A stretch of 64,000 nt of DNA, taken from the NCBI GenBank assembly GCA_963707505.1, contig CAVPQB010000006.1, positions 256,001-320,000 of the forward strand. The letters are read 5' to 3'. A model generated the notes under the pieces. It made no database searches and was not told the DNA's origin. It saw nothing but the letters and a program-made list of their open reading frames with translations. Position 1 is the stretch's first letter. The number at the start of each line of letters is the position of its first letter. The position numbers and the translations under genes are program-made. Below are positions 50,121 to 60,196 of the stretch, piece after piece. This DNA comes from an uncultured Gemmatimonadales bacterium (lineage in GTDB: Bacteria; Gemmatimonadota; Gemmatimonadetes; Gemmatimonadales; Gemmatimonadaceae).

Positions 50121-51454
50121 GTAGCGGCGAAGACGATACGATCGCGGCGGAGGCGACGGCTCACGGAAGGGGCGCCATCGCCGTGATTCGCGTTTCCGGA
50201 CCGGCCGCGTTCACGATCGTGAAGCGTCATGTAGCAACGTGGCCGGAAAATCAGCGCCAGGCAACGTTATGCACCATACGAGACGGGAATGGTGACGTGC
50301 TGGACGAGGCGCTTGTCACGACGTTCATAGCGCCGGCATCGTTTACCGGCGAGGATGTGGTCGAGATCGCCACGCACGGCGGCACGATAGTACCGACGCT
50401 CGTGCTGGCAGCGCTCGTTGCCTCGGGGGCGCGTGTTGCGCTACCGGGTGAATTTACGCGGCGGGCGGTATTGAACGGTAAGCTCGATCTGGTACAGGCA
50501 GAGGCGATCGGGGATCTCATCGATTCCACTTCACACGCGATGCAGCGAGTGGCGATGACGCAGCTCGACGGCGGCTTGTCGCGGCGGATCGAGGAGCTAC
50601 GGGACCGAGTGATCGGTCTGGAATCGCTGATTGCATACGACATCGACTTTCCCGAAGAGGACGACGGACCAATTCCGAAGTCGAGGATTACTGTTGCGAC
50701 GGAAAGTGTCATCGTATCGTTGAACGATCTACTCGCGACGGCACCGGCGGGAGAGCTGGTGCGGAATGGAGCGCTGGTCGTGATCGCGGGTGCACCAAAT
50801 GCGGGGAAGTCATCACTGTTCAATGCGATGCTGGGCCGGTCGCGTGCTATCGTCACCGAGATCCCCGGGACGACCCGGGACGCGATCGAAGCTGTGCTCG
50901 ATGTCGGACCCTGGCCGGTTCGATTGGTGGATACGGCGGGGTTGCGCGAAACGACGGACGTCGTCGAGCGGCTTGGGATCGAGGTGGCAACGCGGTATCT
51001 CGCATCGGCAGACGCCGTGCTCGCATGCGGTGACAGTGCCGACGACGTGTCACGGACAACTGCCGCTGTATCACAGCTGACGGACGCGCCAGTGATTCCG
51101 GTGCGGACGAAAAGCGATCTCTCGCCATCTGCCGAACCAAACATGGTGAGCGCAACGACTGGACAGGGTATACGCGAGCTTCTCGATACGGTTGCCGGAG
51201 CGGTATCGGAGCGTTATGGAAGAGCGCCACTGGATGCTCCCATCCTTACACGAGAGCGGCAACGTTTTTGTGTGGAACAGGCACGCGAGGAGATGGTCGC
51301 TTTTGCGGCTGCGATTGAAGATGAAGGGTTGCCGGCGTCGGTCGCGGCGGTGCATCTTCGCAGTGCTGTCAACGCGCTGGCAGACGTAACTGGCACAATC
51401 GACGTGGAGGACGTCCTGGATCGTCTCTTCCGAACGTTCTGCGTGGGCAAATGA
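50117..51454 (+). CDS. mnmE: tRNA modification GTPase
   Basis: DTIAA, SFTGED, GAPNAGKSS, GTTRD, DTAG, FCVGK. Confidence 0.97.
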   Translation: MSSGEDDTIAAEATAHGRGAIAVIRVSGPAAFTIVKRHVATWPENQRQATLCTIRDGNGDVLDEALVTTFIAPASFTGEDVVEIATHGGTIVPTLVLAALVASGARVALPGEFTRRAVLNGKLDLVQAEAIGDLIDSTSHAMQRVAMTQLDGGLSRRIEELRDRVIGLESLIAYDIDFPEEDDGPIPKSRITVATESVIVSLNDLLATAPAGELVRNGALVVIAGAPNAGKSSLFNAMLGRSRAIVTEIPGTTRDAIEAVLDVGPWPVRLVDTAGLRETTDVVERLGIEVATRYLASADAVLACGDSADDVSRTTAAVSQLTDAPVIPVRTKSDLSPSAEPNMVSATTGQGIRELLDTVAGAVSERYGRAPLDAPILTRERQRFCVEQAREEMVAFAAAIEDEGLPASVAAVHLRSAVNALADVTGTIDVEDVLDRLFRTFCVGK

Positions 51455-53265
51455 CGATCTCCGGGCCGGTTACAACGAACCCACAGTTTGTGCCGGCATC
51501 CAGCCTGGATATCTCGCTGGATGTGGAGACTCCGGAGCAGATCGCTCTATCCTATTCCATCGCAGGAATAGGATCACGTGGCGCTGCAGCGGCGATCGAT
51601 ACCCTGATCAGCTTCGCGATACTCGTCGCATTGACGGTGATATTGCTGATCGCAGCTGATCACATGGGGCCCAGGCCGGCAAAGGCGCCTCCGTCGTCGG
51701 CGTGGGTGCTCGCATTCTACTTCATCGCGCAGTTCGTGATAATGTGGGGCTACTACGTGATATTCGAGGGGATCTGGGATGGCCAGACTCCCGGAAAGCG
51801 AATCATGAAGCTACGTGTCGTTCGGGATGGTGGGTTTTCAGTCACGTTCGGCGCGTCTGCGGTGCGGAATCTGCTGCGGGTCGTCGATGCGTTTGGAGTC
51901 TACCTCGTCGCAATCGTCGTCGCGCTAATGAACAGCTCGCGCAAGCGACTTGGCGACATCGTTGCCGGCACGTTCGTCGTGAAGGAGGAGCGGGCGCAGG
52001 CTCGCTCCTCGCCGTTGCCGGCGGCAGTGCAGAATCGCAACATGTTTGCCCGTCTCAATGATGACGAATACTCGGTGCTCGAGCGTTATGTCGAGCGACG
52101 TGGCACACTCGACCCTGGGCACAGAGACTTGATCGTCGCACAGCTGGCGACCAGGTTTGCGGAGCATCTGCCAACGGCGACGTCTGCGAGAGGGGCGCTC
52201 GTGCGGTTGTATGAATCCGAGCGAGATGCAAGGGCGAGTGGTGTTGCAGCCCGGAGCGACACCGGCGCTCGACGAGAGCAACATGCAATTGTCGCGTTGG
52301 GTCTCAAGCGCTGGAATGATTTCGCAACGGCGCTCGACGCTGCGTACAAGAAGGGGCTATCGCGAATGGCGCCCGAAGACGTATCGGCCCTTGTGGCGCG
52401 CTACAGGGAGATGACGACCGATCTGGCGCGACTTCAGACTGCGAGTCGCGGCAGGAACAACGAGTCTCTGTTTTACGTGAGTCGTCTGGTTGCACGCGGG
52501 CACAATCTGTTGTACCGGCAGCGTGGACGCACGATCGCTACGTTCTTTGAGTACATAACGGACACCGTACCGTCGGAAGTACGACGGTCGTGGCGGCCTA
52601 TTGCACTGGCTGCGCTGTTGTTGTTCGGGCCAGCAGCGGCTGCCTACATCACCATCGTTCAGAATCCGGCAATCGCCAGCCAGATACTGCCCGATGAGAT
52701 GATAAGTAGAGCGACAACAGGAAACGAGAGAGAGAAGCGCGGTGAAGGATATGTATCCATCCCGGAAGAGATTCGCCCGGTTGTAGCAAGCAGGATCATA
52801 TCGAACAACGTGACGGTGACGTATCTCACCTTCGCGATGGGGTTGACGGCAGGAATCGGAACAATCCTCATGCTCGTGTTCAACGGCGTCGCAATTGGAA
52901 GCGGCGTTGGCCTGTTTGCATCACGCGGCGTGGTAAGACTCATCCTTGCGTTCATCGCGCCACATGGCGTTCTCGAGCTGAGCGCAATCTGCATCGCAGG
53001 TGGTGGAGGATTGCTGATCGCCAAAGGAATTCTGCTTCCGCTCAATAGAACGCGGCGAGACGCGCTGGTCGAAAACGGAAGACGTGCAATCGATCTCATC
53101 GCTGCGTCGACTCTGTTACTGATCGTTGCGGGAACTCTGGAAGGATTGGTATCACCGCGAGTATGGCCGCTGAGCTGGAAGCTCATCATCTCGGGTGTGA
53201 CGGCGATTTTGATGCTCGGCTATCTGTCGCTGGGGCGGCGGGTCAAAGCGTCGAGCGCTCCTTGA
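51451..53265 (+). CDS. RDD + SpoIIM (stage II sporulation M family) fusion membrane protein
   Basis: ETPE, GQTPGKR, KRLGDIVAGT (RDD); IISNN, APHGVLELSAI, AGTLEG (SpoIIM) in one frame. Confidence 0.85.
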   Translation: MTISGPVTTNPQFVPASSLDISLDVETPEQIALSYSIAGIGSRGAAAAIDTLISFAILVALTVILLIAADHMGPRPAKAPPSSAWVLAFYFIAQFVIMWGYYVIFEGIWDGQTPGKRIMKLRVVRDGGFSVTFGASAVRNLLRVVDAFGVYLVAIVVALMNSSRKRLGDIVAGTFVVKEERAQARSSPLPAAVQNRNMFARLNDDEYSVLERYVERRGTLDPGHRDLIVAQLATRFAEHLPTATSARGALVRLYESERDARASGVAARSDTGARREQHAIVALGLKRWNDFATALDAAYKKGLSRMAPEDVSALVARYREMTTDLARLQTASRGRNNESLFYVSRLVARGHNLLYRQRGRTIATFFEYITDTVPSEVRRSWRPIALAALLLFGPAAAAYITIVQNPAIASQILPDEMISRATTGNEREKRGEGYVSIPEEIRPVVASRIISNNVTVTYLTFAMGLTAGIGTILMLVFNGVAIGSGVGLFASRGVVRLILAFIAPHGVLELSAICIAGGGGLLIAKGILLPLNRTRRDALVENGRRAIDLIAASTLLLIVAGTLEGLVSPRVWPLSWKLIISGVTAILMLGYLSLGRRVKASSAP

Positions 53266-54613
53266 TTTCCAGATAGCGATTGATCAGAGCCGCGGTCATG
53301 CCTCTCGGTGCTGTATCGAGGACTGCGACTCCGGCCTGACGCATGATCTGAAGCGCTTCATCCCGTGCTGAGAGAAGCTCCTCCGCCGCGGCGCTCTCGT
53401 AGGTCTGCTCATCGCTGGCATCTGGCGACGGAACGGATGCCAGGACCAGTTGCTCGTTCCGCAAGGCGACAACCAGCGGAAGATGGCGCTCGGCGCTTCG
53501 TGCGGTCAGCGCTATCACGGCACGTGAGGAACGGACGTCTATCACGTCGGTGAAGAGGACAATGAGTGAGCGACGCCGATTGCGCTCGGTGAGGGTACGG
53601 AATGCGGCTGCGTAATCCGGTTCTGTCATCGTTGCCGTGACGCCGGTCAATGCGTCCCGGAGCGCACCGAGGGTGCCTGGGGCGCGTGTCGGCGCGATGT
53701 AACGGCGGACAAGCGAGTCGAAGACGATCAGACCGACGCGATCGCCGGTGGAGAGAGCGATGTCCGCAAGAGTCAGTGCTGACGCGAGAGCGTACTCGAA
53801 GCGCGGCCTGTCGCCTGCGAGCTGAGTCATCATTCTGCCGCAGTCGATCGCAATCATGATGGTCTGGCCCTGCTCCACCGTGAACTCGCGCGAGATGAGG
53901 CGGTGACGACGTGCGGTGGCCTTCCAGTCGATGCGACGTGGGTCATCGCCCGGTACATAGTCGCGGAGATTGGCGAACGATGTTCCTGCACCACGCCGGC
54001 GTATCACACGCTGGCCCGCGGTTCTCACCCGGTGTTGCGCAGCGAGGAGACGATAACGACCGGCGTTAGCCATTGACGGGATTATCGAAATAGTATCATT
54101 TAGATAATAAATCACCGACCGCCGGACGAGCTTCCATGGGCCACGGATGGTGATTGCAACCGGGCCAAGTGCGAACGTGCCGCGAGATCGTCCTGTAATC
54201 GTCAGATCGGCGAGGAGTGGGCTATCCGGGCCGACTTCCATCTTGTTTGCGTGAAGGTTGGCGGCAACGAGTGCTGAGGGGAGTTGTTGAGTCATGAAGA
54301 CACTCAGTGCGGCAGGCCACGACGACGTGATCGTGTAGCTTCCCGATCTGCTGTCACCGACACCAATCGTGGCCGGGAAATCACGCGTCAGTTCCACGTA
54401 ACGTGCGCCGGGAATCCGTAGCGCATCGACAAGGACTGCGATCGCGATGATTGCGACTACTGCAGTCGCGGTTGCCTGACCAGCCGTGCTCGAGGAAAGA
54501 ATCCAGGCCGGTGCAGCTATCGCTACCACCAATGCCAGTCTCGGCGTCGGAGCGTATCTCGCGAGTGACCGCAATGGCTGGGTGATACGGCCGAACAGCC
54601 GCGAAAAAATCAC
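53243..54613 (-). CDS. DUF58 / VWA-like protein
   Basis: LRDYVPGDDPRRIDWKATAR, DCGRMM, LFTD. Confidence 0.9.
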   Translation of the reverse strand: MIFSRLFGRITQPLRSLARYAPTPRLALVVAIAAPAWILSSSTAGQATATAVVAIIAIAVLVDALRIPGARYVELTRDFPATIGVGDSRSGSYTITSSWPAALSVFMTQQLPSALVAANLHANKMEVGPDSPLLADLTITGRSRGTFALGPVAITIRGPWKLVRRSVIYYLNDTISIIPSMANAGRYRLLAAQHRVRTAGQRVIRRRGAGTSFANLRDYVPGDDPRRIDWKATARRHRLISREFTVEQGQTIMIAIDCGRMMTQLAGDRPRFEYALASALTLADIALSTGDRVGLIVFDSLVRRYIAPTRAPGTLGALRDALTGVTATMTEPDYAAAFRTLTERNRRRSLIVLFTDVIDVRSSRAVIALTARSAERHLPLVVALRNEQLVLASVPSPDASDEQTYESAAAEELLSARDEALQIMRQAGVAVLDTAPRGMTAALINRYLEIKERSTL

Positions 54614-54650
54614 GGCAGATGCACCCTGGCTGCACTGACCGGCGCAGGAC

Positions 54651-55610
54651 TCATTGCGGTGCCGGCACTCGTGCCAGGATTGCCGTGATCACGTCGTCTG
54701 TCGAGCGGCCCTCGACCTGGAGCTCGGGCGACAGAAGAACACGGTGACGCAACACGGGCAGTGCGTGCTGCTTCACATCGTCAGGGGTGGCGAAGTCGCG
54801 GCCTGCCACGAGCGCAGAGGCTCGCGCTATACGGAAAAGCGCGACTGCCGCGCGCGGCGATGCACCGAGTGTCAGTGATGTATCCTCGCGCGTGGCGCGT
54901 ACGATGTCAGTGATGTACTCGCGGACATCGACCGTCACGTTGACGCTATCCGTCATCGTGCGAAGTTGTAACACTTCCGCACCTGTCACGACGGGCGTGG
55001 GCATGAACGTACTCGCACGCTCCGCGTCGAATCCTCCGGAATAGTTCTCGAGCATTGCGAGCTCGGCACTCCTCGCCGGATAGCCGATTCGCACGTTGAC
55101 GAGAAAACGATCCAGCTGCGCTTCCGGGAGTGGGTACGTGCCTTCGTATTCCACGGGGTTCTGCGTCGCAAATACGCTGAACATGTCACCGAGTGGATGC
55201 GTCACACCATCGACAGTGACCTGGCGTTCCTGCATCGCCTCGAGCAACGCCGACTGGGTTTTGGCCGGCGCGCGGTTGATCTCATCCGCCAAAAGGAGAT
55301 CGGTGAATATCGGGCCTGGACGAAACTCGAATGCACGCGATGATTCCTGATAAACGCTCACGCCAGCGACGTCGGATGGCATGAGGTCGGGAGTGAACTG
55401 AACACGTCCGAAGCGCACATCCAATGCGCCGGCGAGTACTCGAACAAGCAATGTTTTCGCCGTGCCAGGAACGCCTTCGAGCAGAATGTGTCCCCGGGCA
55501 ACGAATGCGGCGAGGATCTGATCGATTACCTCTTCCTGGCCAATGACACGGGCTGCGACGGTGTCGCGAATGCGCTGGAGCGCGGCGGATGTAGCGGTGA
55601 GATCAGTCAC
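54651..55610 (-). CDS. MoxR-family AAA+ ATPase
   Basis: LEGVPGTAKT, RVQFTPDLMPSD, DEINRAPAKTQSALLE, EGTYPLPEAQLDRF. Confidence 0.96.
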   Translation of the reverse strand: MTDLTATSAALQRIRDTVAARVIGQEEVIDQILAAFVARGHILLEGVPGTAKTLLVRVLAGALDVRFGRVQFTPDLMPSDVAGVSVYQESSRAFEFRPGPIFTDLLLADEINRAPAKTQSALLEAMQERQVTVDGVTHPLGDMFSVFATQNPVEYEGTYPLPEAQLDRFLVNVRIGYPARSAELAMLENYSGGFDAERASTFMPTPVVTGAEVLQLRTMTDSVNVTVDVREYITDIVRATREDTSLTLGASPRAAVALFRIARASALVAGRDFATPDDVKQHALPVLRHRVLLSPELQVEGRSTDDVITAILARVPAPQ

Positions 55611-56881
55611 TCTCGAAATGCCCTCTCGATGTTCGCGACCGCGGCGCCAATGGCGGCGAGATGGTCTGATGAGTTCGGTGAATCTGGTGCAAGAGCAGTC
55701 GCTATGCGATCGATATCCGGGGACGCGACCGGAAGCCGGTCGCGCAGTGCCGACAGGTAGTTCGAATTCGATACTGATCGAGGCAAACCAAGCGAATGGC
55801 GCCGCCGGAGGCCGCGCACCAGCATGCCAGTACCGAGGCTACGTGCGTCGACCTGCGAGTACGCGTGCGCAAGTGCGCCAACGTGCTCGAGTGGCGAGCG
55901 ACGCGAGATCAAGGGGACCGGCACCGGTGCAAGTGGTCGCACGGCGAACGCAAGGAGAAGTACCAGCGCCGCGGCGACGATCCCAAGCGTCACGCGCCCT
56001 GGTGGAGTGTCGGTGAGCGCACGGGTGACGGCAGCTGGCATGTCGGCGTGAGTTCCGAAGCCGTGATGATATTCGTCGAAAACGACGCTGCGCGGCCGTT
56101 TCTGAGAAGATGCGGAGCCATTCGCGAATTGGAGCGCGCGCACGATCGCGATGGCTGCTTGCGGGTCATGCATGACCTGATTCATCAGGATCTGAGCCGG
56201 CGCAACGGCGATCACGTAGCCCCGACCAAATCTGTGACCGAGTACCAACGCCGGTCGGTGAGCCGAATCGGATTTTGCTTTCTCGTCGTTGGGCAATGGC
56301 TGGAGCCAGAGGAATGTCTGGTTGTCCGACTTTGATTTCGACGTGACGGTCACGGATATGGGGAAGGCGGCCTGAAAGGCGGCACGCGGGTCCTGTGTTG
56401 CGGGAGTCGACGGATTGCCTCCGGCGACGCTTGTTCGGCTCAATGTGTAGAATCCACTCGGCGATGAATTCAGCTCGAAGCCGAGTGAATCTGTCAGCTC
56501 GTCGTCGTCCGGGGTGAATATGAGAACCATGCCGCGACGCACTGTCGCCAGAACTTGCGTCCGCTCGATCGTCGTGAGCGGTTGTGCGGGTTGTATGAGA
56601 GCGTAAGCAGAGGTCGAATCAAGGGCGGAGGCTGAAGTGAGCGGCCTTTCGTTGCGGCTCGTGACGAAGCCGAGCCGGGCAAGCGTTTCGTAGAGAGCTC
56701 TGACGCCGCCAGCTCCGACCGCGTAGGAGCTGTACGCCGTTCCCACATCTTCTCGTTCCTGTGGCGCGAAGAGGACAAAAATGACCAGCAGAACCGCTAC
56801 AGCGGAGAGAACGCGGGCAGGCGTAAACAGGCTACCACCAGTCGGCGCCTCAAATCCGGCGATGGGTGGCGCCGCGCTCAT
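55607..56881 (-). CDS. DUF4350-like membrane-anchored protein
   Basis: N- and C-terminal TM, STAY/SSY..G..AL, FDEYHHG, RRSPLEHV. Confidence 0.75.
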   Translation of the reverse strand: MSAAPPIAGFEAPTGGSLFTPARVLSAVAVLLVIFVLFAPQEREDVGTAYSSYAVGAGGVRALYETLARLGFVTSRNERPLTSASALDSTSAYALIQPAQPLTTIERTQVLATVRRGMVLIFTPDDDELTDSLGFELNSSPSGFYTLSRTSVAGGNPSTPATQDPRAAFQAAFPISVTVTSKSKSDNQTFLWLQPLPNDEKAKSDSAHRPALVLGHRFGRGYVIAVAPAQILMNQVMHDPQAAIAIVRALQFANGSASSQKRPRSVVFDEYHHGFGTHADMPAAVTRALTDTPPGRVTLGIVAAALVLLLAFAVRPLAPVPVPLISRRSPLEHVGALAHAYSQVDARSLGTGMLVRGLRRRHSLGLPRSVSNSNYLSALRDRLPVASPDIDRIATALAPDSPNSSDHLAAIGAAVANIERAFRE

Positions 56882-57537
56882 TGCCTGACGCCGGACGCAG
56901 TATTACCGGCAGCGTCCACAGCAGCATTCGCAGCGGATTTCGATGGAAAGGCCGTTAAGAGGTTACCTGCCAGAGCATTGAGAGTAGTGAAGCGGTCTCT
57001 GTCACATGTGCCAATGCCGTAGATCACCGTTTCGTACGAGCGTGTGAAGTCGGTGAAGCGCGGCAGGTCGATCGCGTCTGGTTTTCTGCGAAGCTCGCGA
57101 AGGTAATCGCCTGTGGTCTTGGATTCGTGGAGAGATACGAGTCCGCGGCGTGCGACTGCCCCAATGAGCGCGAGATAGAGAGCGTGCGCTGCGCCGGTAT
57201 AGTCGTTATGTGCGGCGAGCGTCTGTGCGGTGGTCCACCAATCAGTGCGGCGGTCGGACTCGAACCGCCGCAATCCGATTGCGGATGGTGCGAAACGGGC
57301 GACGAGGCCGTACACGATTCGAGCGAGTACGACCAGCAAGGCCAATCCGAGGGCGATGCGAAACACGATGCCGACCGCTGGGTGACTCTGGGCAAAGCCG
57401 AAGAATCGAAGAACCAGATTCCATATCCACTCTGCGATCAGCTCGCTGATGGAAACAGTGCCGCGGCCGGCAAAGGTGCTGCTGCGGAAGACGGCGGCGA
57501 CTGTATCCGCGATCGCGGCGTTATCGAAGGGACCCAT
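56878..57537 (-). CDS. DUF4129-like membrane protein
   Basis: TM helix then KTTGDYLREL..YE..IYG. Confidence 0.75.
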   Translation of the reverse strand: MGPFDNAAIADTVAAVFRSSTFAGRGTVSISELIAEWIWNLVLRFFGFAQSHPAVGIVFRIALGLALLVVLARIVYGLVARFAPSAIGLRRFESDRRTDWWTTAQTLAAHNDYTGAAHALYLALIGAVARRGLVSLHESKTTGDYLRELRRKPDAIDLPRFTDFTRSYETVIYGIGTCDRDRFTTLNALAGNLLTAFPSKSAANAAVDAAGNTASGVRQ

Positions 57538-57564
57538 TAGTATCGAATAGATACTAATCTTGAA

Positions 57565-58320
57565 TCAGGATGCCGGATGCAACTGCGGTGCTCCGAGGGC
57601 CTGTGTCATGAGCTCGATGTCGTAGCCTTCTCTGCGTATCCGGATGTCGTAGTACAACAGGGTCGCGACGATGCTGGAGAATGGCGATATCGCGGTAGTC
57701 AGCACGAGAGTAACAATAGCGGTAGCTGCTGCGCTGTGCGCGAAGGCCTGAACGAGTTGCAGCAATATGCCTGTTGCGATGAGCACAAAAAGAAAGACTC
57801 CGCCCAGCAGGGCGAATATGCGAGTGCCATTGCCGTTGGCGAGCTCGCGCGAGCGCGACACGGCATCACCGACCTTGTTATCCTCGAACAATACGGTCAT
57901 GGGAAGCGCAAAGTAGCGTTTGAAGACCAGAAGTCCGGGCGCTATGAAGAGGATAAGACCAAAGAGGATGAGGATCCACTTGGTGATCATGGCGATGAAC
58001 AGTCTGCCGGGGTGGCTGAATGCTGCGCGCATTGACTGCTCGAAATCGACCTGATTGCCGAGGTATGCGGCCGAGGTAGCGCATGCGATGGCGCCCTCGG
58101 TGAATGGAGATATGAGCACGCCAGCGAAGCGGATGAGTGCGGATGTGAACAATCCATCCGTCTGCTGTAGTAACATCGCTGTCTGGCCAAAATAGGACGA
58201 GATAGCCCAGGGTACTGCCGCCAGGACGTTGATCGCCATGAAGACCGCGAAGTGGCGCCGATAGATCTCGAATGCTGCATCGAGTATCTCGGAGTTGGAG
58301 CGCGGGCGAAAGTCGGACAT
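57565..58320 (-). CDS. Multi-TM protein typical of MoxR/DUF58 clusters
   Basis: RP....ILDAAF N-terminus; LLYYDIRIRREGYDI C-terminus. Confidence 0.75.
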   Translation of the reverse strand: MSDFRPRSNSEILDAAFEIYRRHFAVFMAINVLAAVPWAISSYFGQTAMLLQQTDGLFTSALIRFAGVLISPFTEGAIACATSAAYLGNQVDFEQSMRAAFSHPGRLFIAMITKWILILFGLILFIAPGLLVFKRYFALPMTVLFEDNKVGDAVSRSRELANGNGTRIFALLGGVFLFVLIATGILLQLVQAFAHSAAATAIVTLVLTTAISPFSSIVATLLYYDIRIRREGYDIELMTQALGAPQLHPAS

Positions 58321-58386
58321 CAGCGCTGCGGGGTGGCGCTGGGGTGTGGCAGCGATGCAAGCTGAGCTGCCATGATGGCTGTCAGG

Positions 58387-59334
58387 TCACGCGCTTGCGG
58401 CGGATGACTGCTGGCCTGCGGCTGCGGCCGCTATCTGTGAAGCGTCTGCGCGAACCGTCCAGGCGAGTCCACGACTGTTAACGGCTGCGTCGGTGAGGCG
58501 AGCTCCGACGAAGTAGCCGCTGCGTTCTGGGATGACGTTACGATCGACGGTACGAGCGTCGTCGCTCATTCCCCCGGATAGATAGCGCAGCCGTAGACCA
58601 AGTCCCGCCCGGTCGAAATGCTTGGCTACGGTGCGCATTATGAAGGGCTCTGCTTCGCGTACTCGAGCGTATTCCTTGCGGGCGTAGCCGAAGTATTCCC
58701 AGGCTGCGTGACCGGGGCTGACCAGCCGACTCGTCTGCACGGCGACGCCTTCGTTGACTATGAGCTCGCGGAGCGACGCGCGTCGGCCGGTTTCCCAGTA
58801 GTCGTAGTATCCGCCGGCTTCCGCTATGAGCTGGCGCATCTCACTCTGGCTGGTGGGCGACGTGTACCGGACGGCGTGCGCGATCTCGTGTGCAAGCCAG
58901 AGGGGGATGAGCTCTGGCTCGAGCCCCAACGCGCTCGTATCAGGGTTGGGCTGTCCGGTGAAATGCTCGAGGGCGATGAATGCCATTCCGCGGCCATCGA
59001 CGACGAGCTCGCCTGCGTTCGCTGCACCGACACCGACCATGAGAACGACATCCGTATCGACGTCGGCTTCGAGGACTCGCCGGCTTTCGGTTTCGGCGAG
59101 ACGAGCCAGTGCGACGACGTCGATGCGTGCGAGCATGGCGCGGAGGTCATCGCGATTGGCATGGGTCGTAGCTCGAACCACTTCCTGGAAGTGCGGACCC
59201 TCGGGATCGAGGACGTAGTTCGTCCAGTACGACTCCAGTATTCGGCGATGTGCTTCGAAGTAGCGCAGATAAGCTGCGACGCGATCTGAGCTGTCTATGA
59301 CAGCGAAAAAATCTGGGAGCAAGTTGATCAGCAT
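58387..59334 (-). CDS. Putative Zn-dependent protease (DUF2268-like)
   Basis: AHEIAH followed by NEG; GYFVG. Confidence 0.7.
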   Translation of the reverse strand: MLINLLPDFFAVIDSSDRVAAYLRYFEAHRRILESYWTNYVLDPEGPHFQEVVRATTHANRDDLRAMLARIDVVALARLAETESRRVLEADVDTDVVLMVGVGAANAGELVVDGRGMAFIALEHFTGQPNPDTSALGLEPELIPLWLAHEIAHAVRYTSPTSQSEMRQLIAEAGGYYDYWETGRRASLRELIVNEGVAVQTSRLVSPGHAAWEYFGYARKEYARVREAEPFIMRTVAKHFDRAGLGLRLRYLSGGMSDDARTVDRNVIPERSGYFVGARLTDAAVNSRGLAWTVRADASQIAAAAAGQQSSAASA

Positions 59335-59511
59335 CGGCGCCAAGAAAATACCGCGTTGGGAAATGCACAACAAGAGTAAACGGCCAACTCGGCGAATATT
59401 CTCGAGCTGCCGATCGTCCCGTCGAGTATCGGCTGGCGGCATTGACGATCAAATTCGCGCCGTGGCACAGAAATTCCCTATGTGCCAACCGGGGAGGCAA
59501 TTGAAGATCCT

Positions 59512-60162
59512 ATGACTGCATTGCGCAAGATCGAGCTGCGGTGTCCATCGTGCAGCCATGAGTTTCCGTCGGAGACGGTCGTGTCCACCAACTGGTTTGG
59601 TGGCAAGCGAACGGATTTTCATGAACGTGCCGCGGGGGCGCAGCCGTGGGCGTATCAGGTGCACATGTGCGACCGATGCGGCTACTCGGGCGCGGAGCGT
59701 GATTTTACCGATCAGACGGATATCAGCCCGCTCGTACGGGAGCGAGTGTGGAACGAGCTATCGCCGCATGCTCATGGAGCGGTGACTGGATCCGAGAAGT
59801 ACGAAGCCGCGGCCAAGGTGGCGGAGTGGCAGGGCGCCGACCAACGTTACATCGGTGACTTGTGGCTGCGTGCGGCCTGGTGTTGCGTGGATGAAGGCGA
59901 CGTCGAGGCCGAGCGTTATTTCAGGCGGCTAGCAGCCTGGTCGTTCGAGCAGGCGCTGGAATTCTACGATACGGTCCCGCGTGAAGATCGTGCAGTTCTC
60001 GTGTATCTCGTTGGCGAGCTATGGCGGCGCATTGGTGATCTGACGCAGGCGAATGCGTGGTTCGATCTGGTGCCGGACGAGATCACCGACCCGATAGCGC
60101 AGCGATGGGTGATCGAGGCAGCGCGGCGACAGCAAGCCGATCCACGCGAGTGGTTCGCGTAG
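59512..60162 (+). CDS. DUF2225-like zinc-ribbon/helical protein
   Basis: CPSC, CDRCGY, LRAAW, YLVGELWRRIG. Confidence 0.75.
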   Translation: MTALRKIELRCPSCSHEFPSETVVSTNWFGGKRTDFHERAAGAQPWAYQVHMCDRCGYSGAERDFTDQTDISPLVRERVWNELSPHAHGAVTGSEKYEAAAKVAEWQGADQRYIGDLWLRAAWCCVDEGDVEAERYFRRLAAWSFEQALEFYDTVPREDRAVLVYLVGELWRRIGDLTQANAWFDLVPDEITDPIAQRWVIEAARRQQADPREWFA

Positions 60163-60196
60163 GAGCGGCTTTGGTACGGCTGGCTTTGGTGTGCGT

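Noticed and set aside
51451..53265. Evidence for sporulation from the SpoIIM domain
   Set aside because: The family is widespread in non-sporulating bacteria; the window encodes an outer-membrane PagL-like protein and no other spo genes
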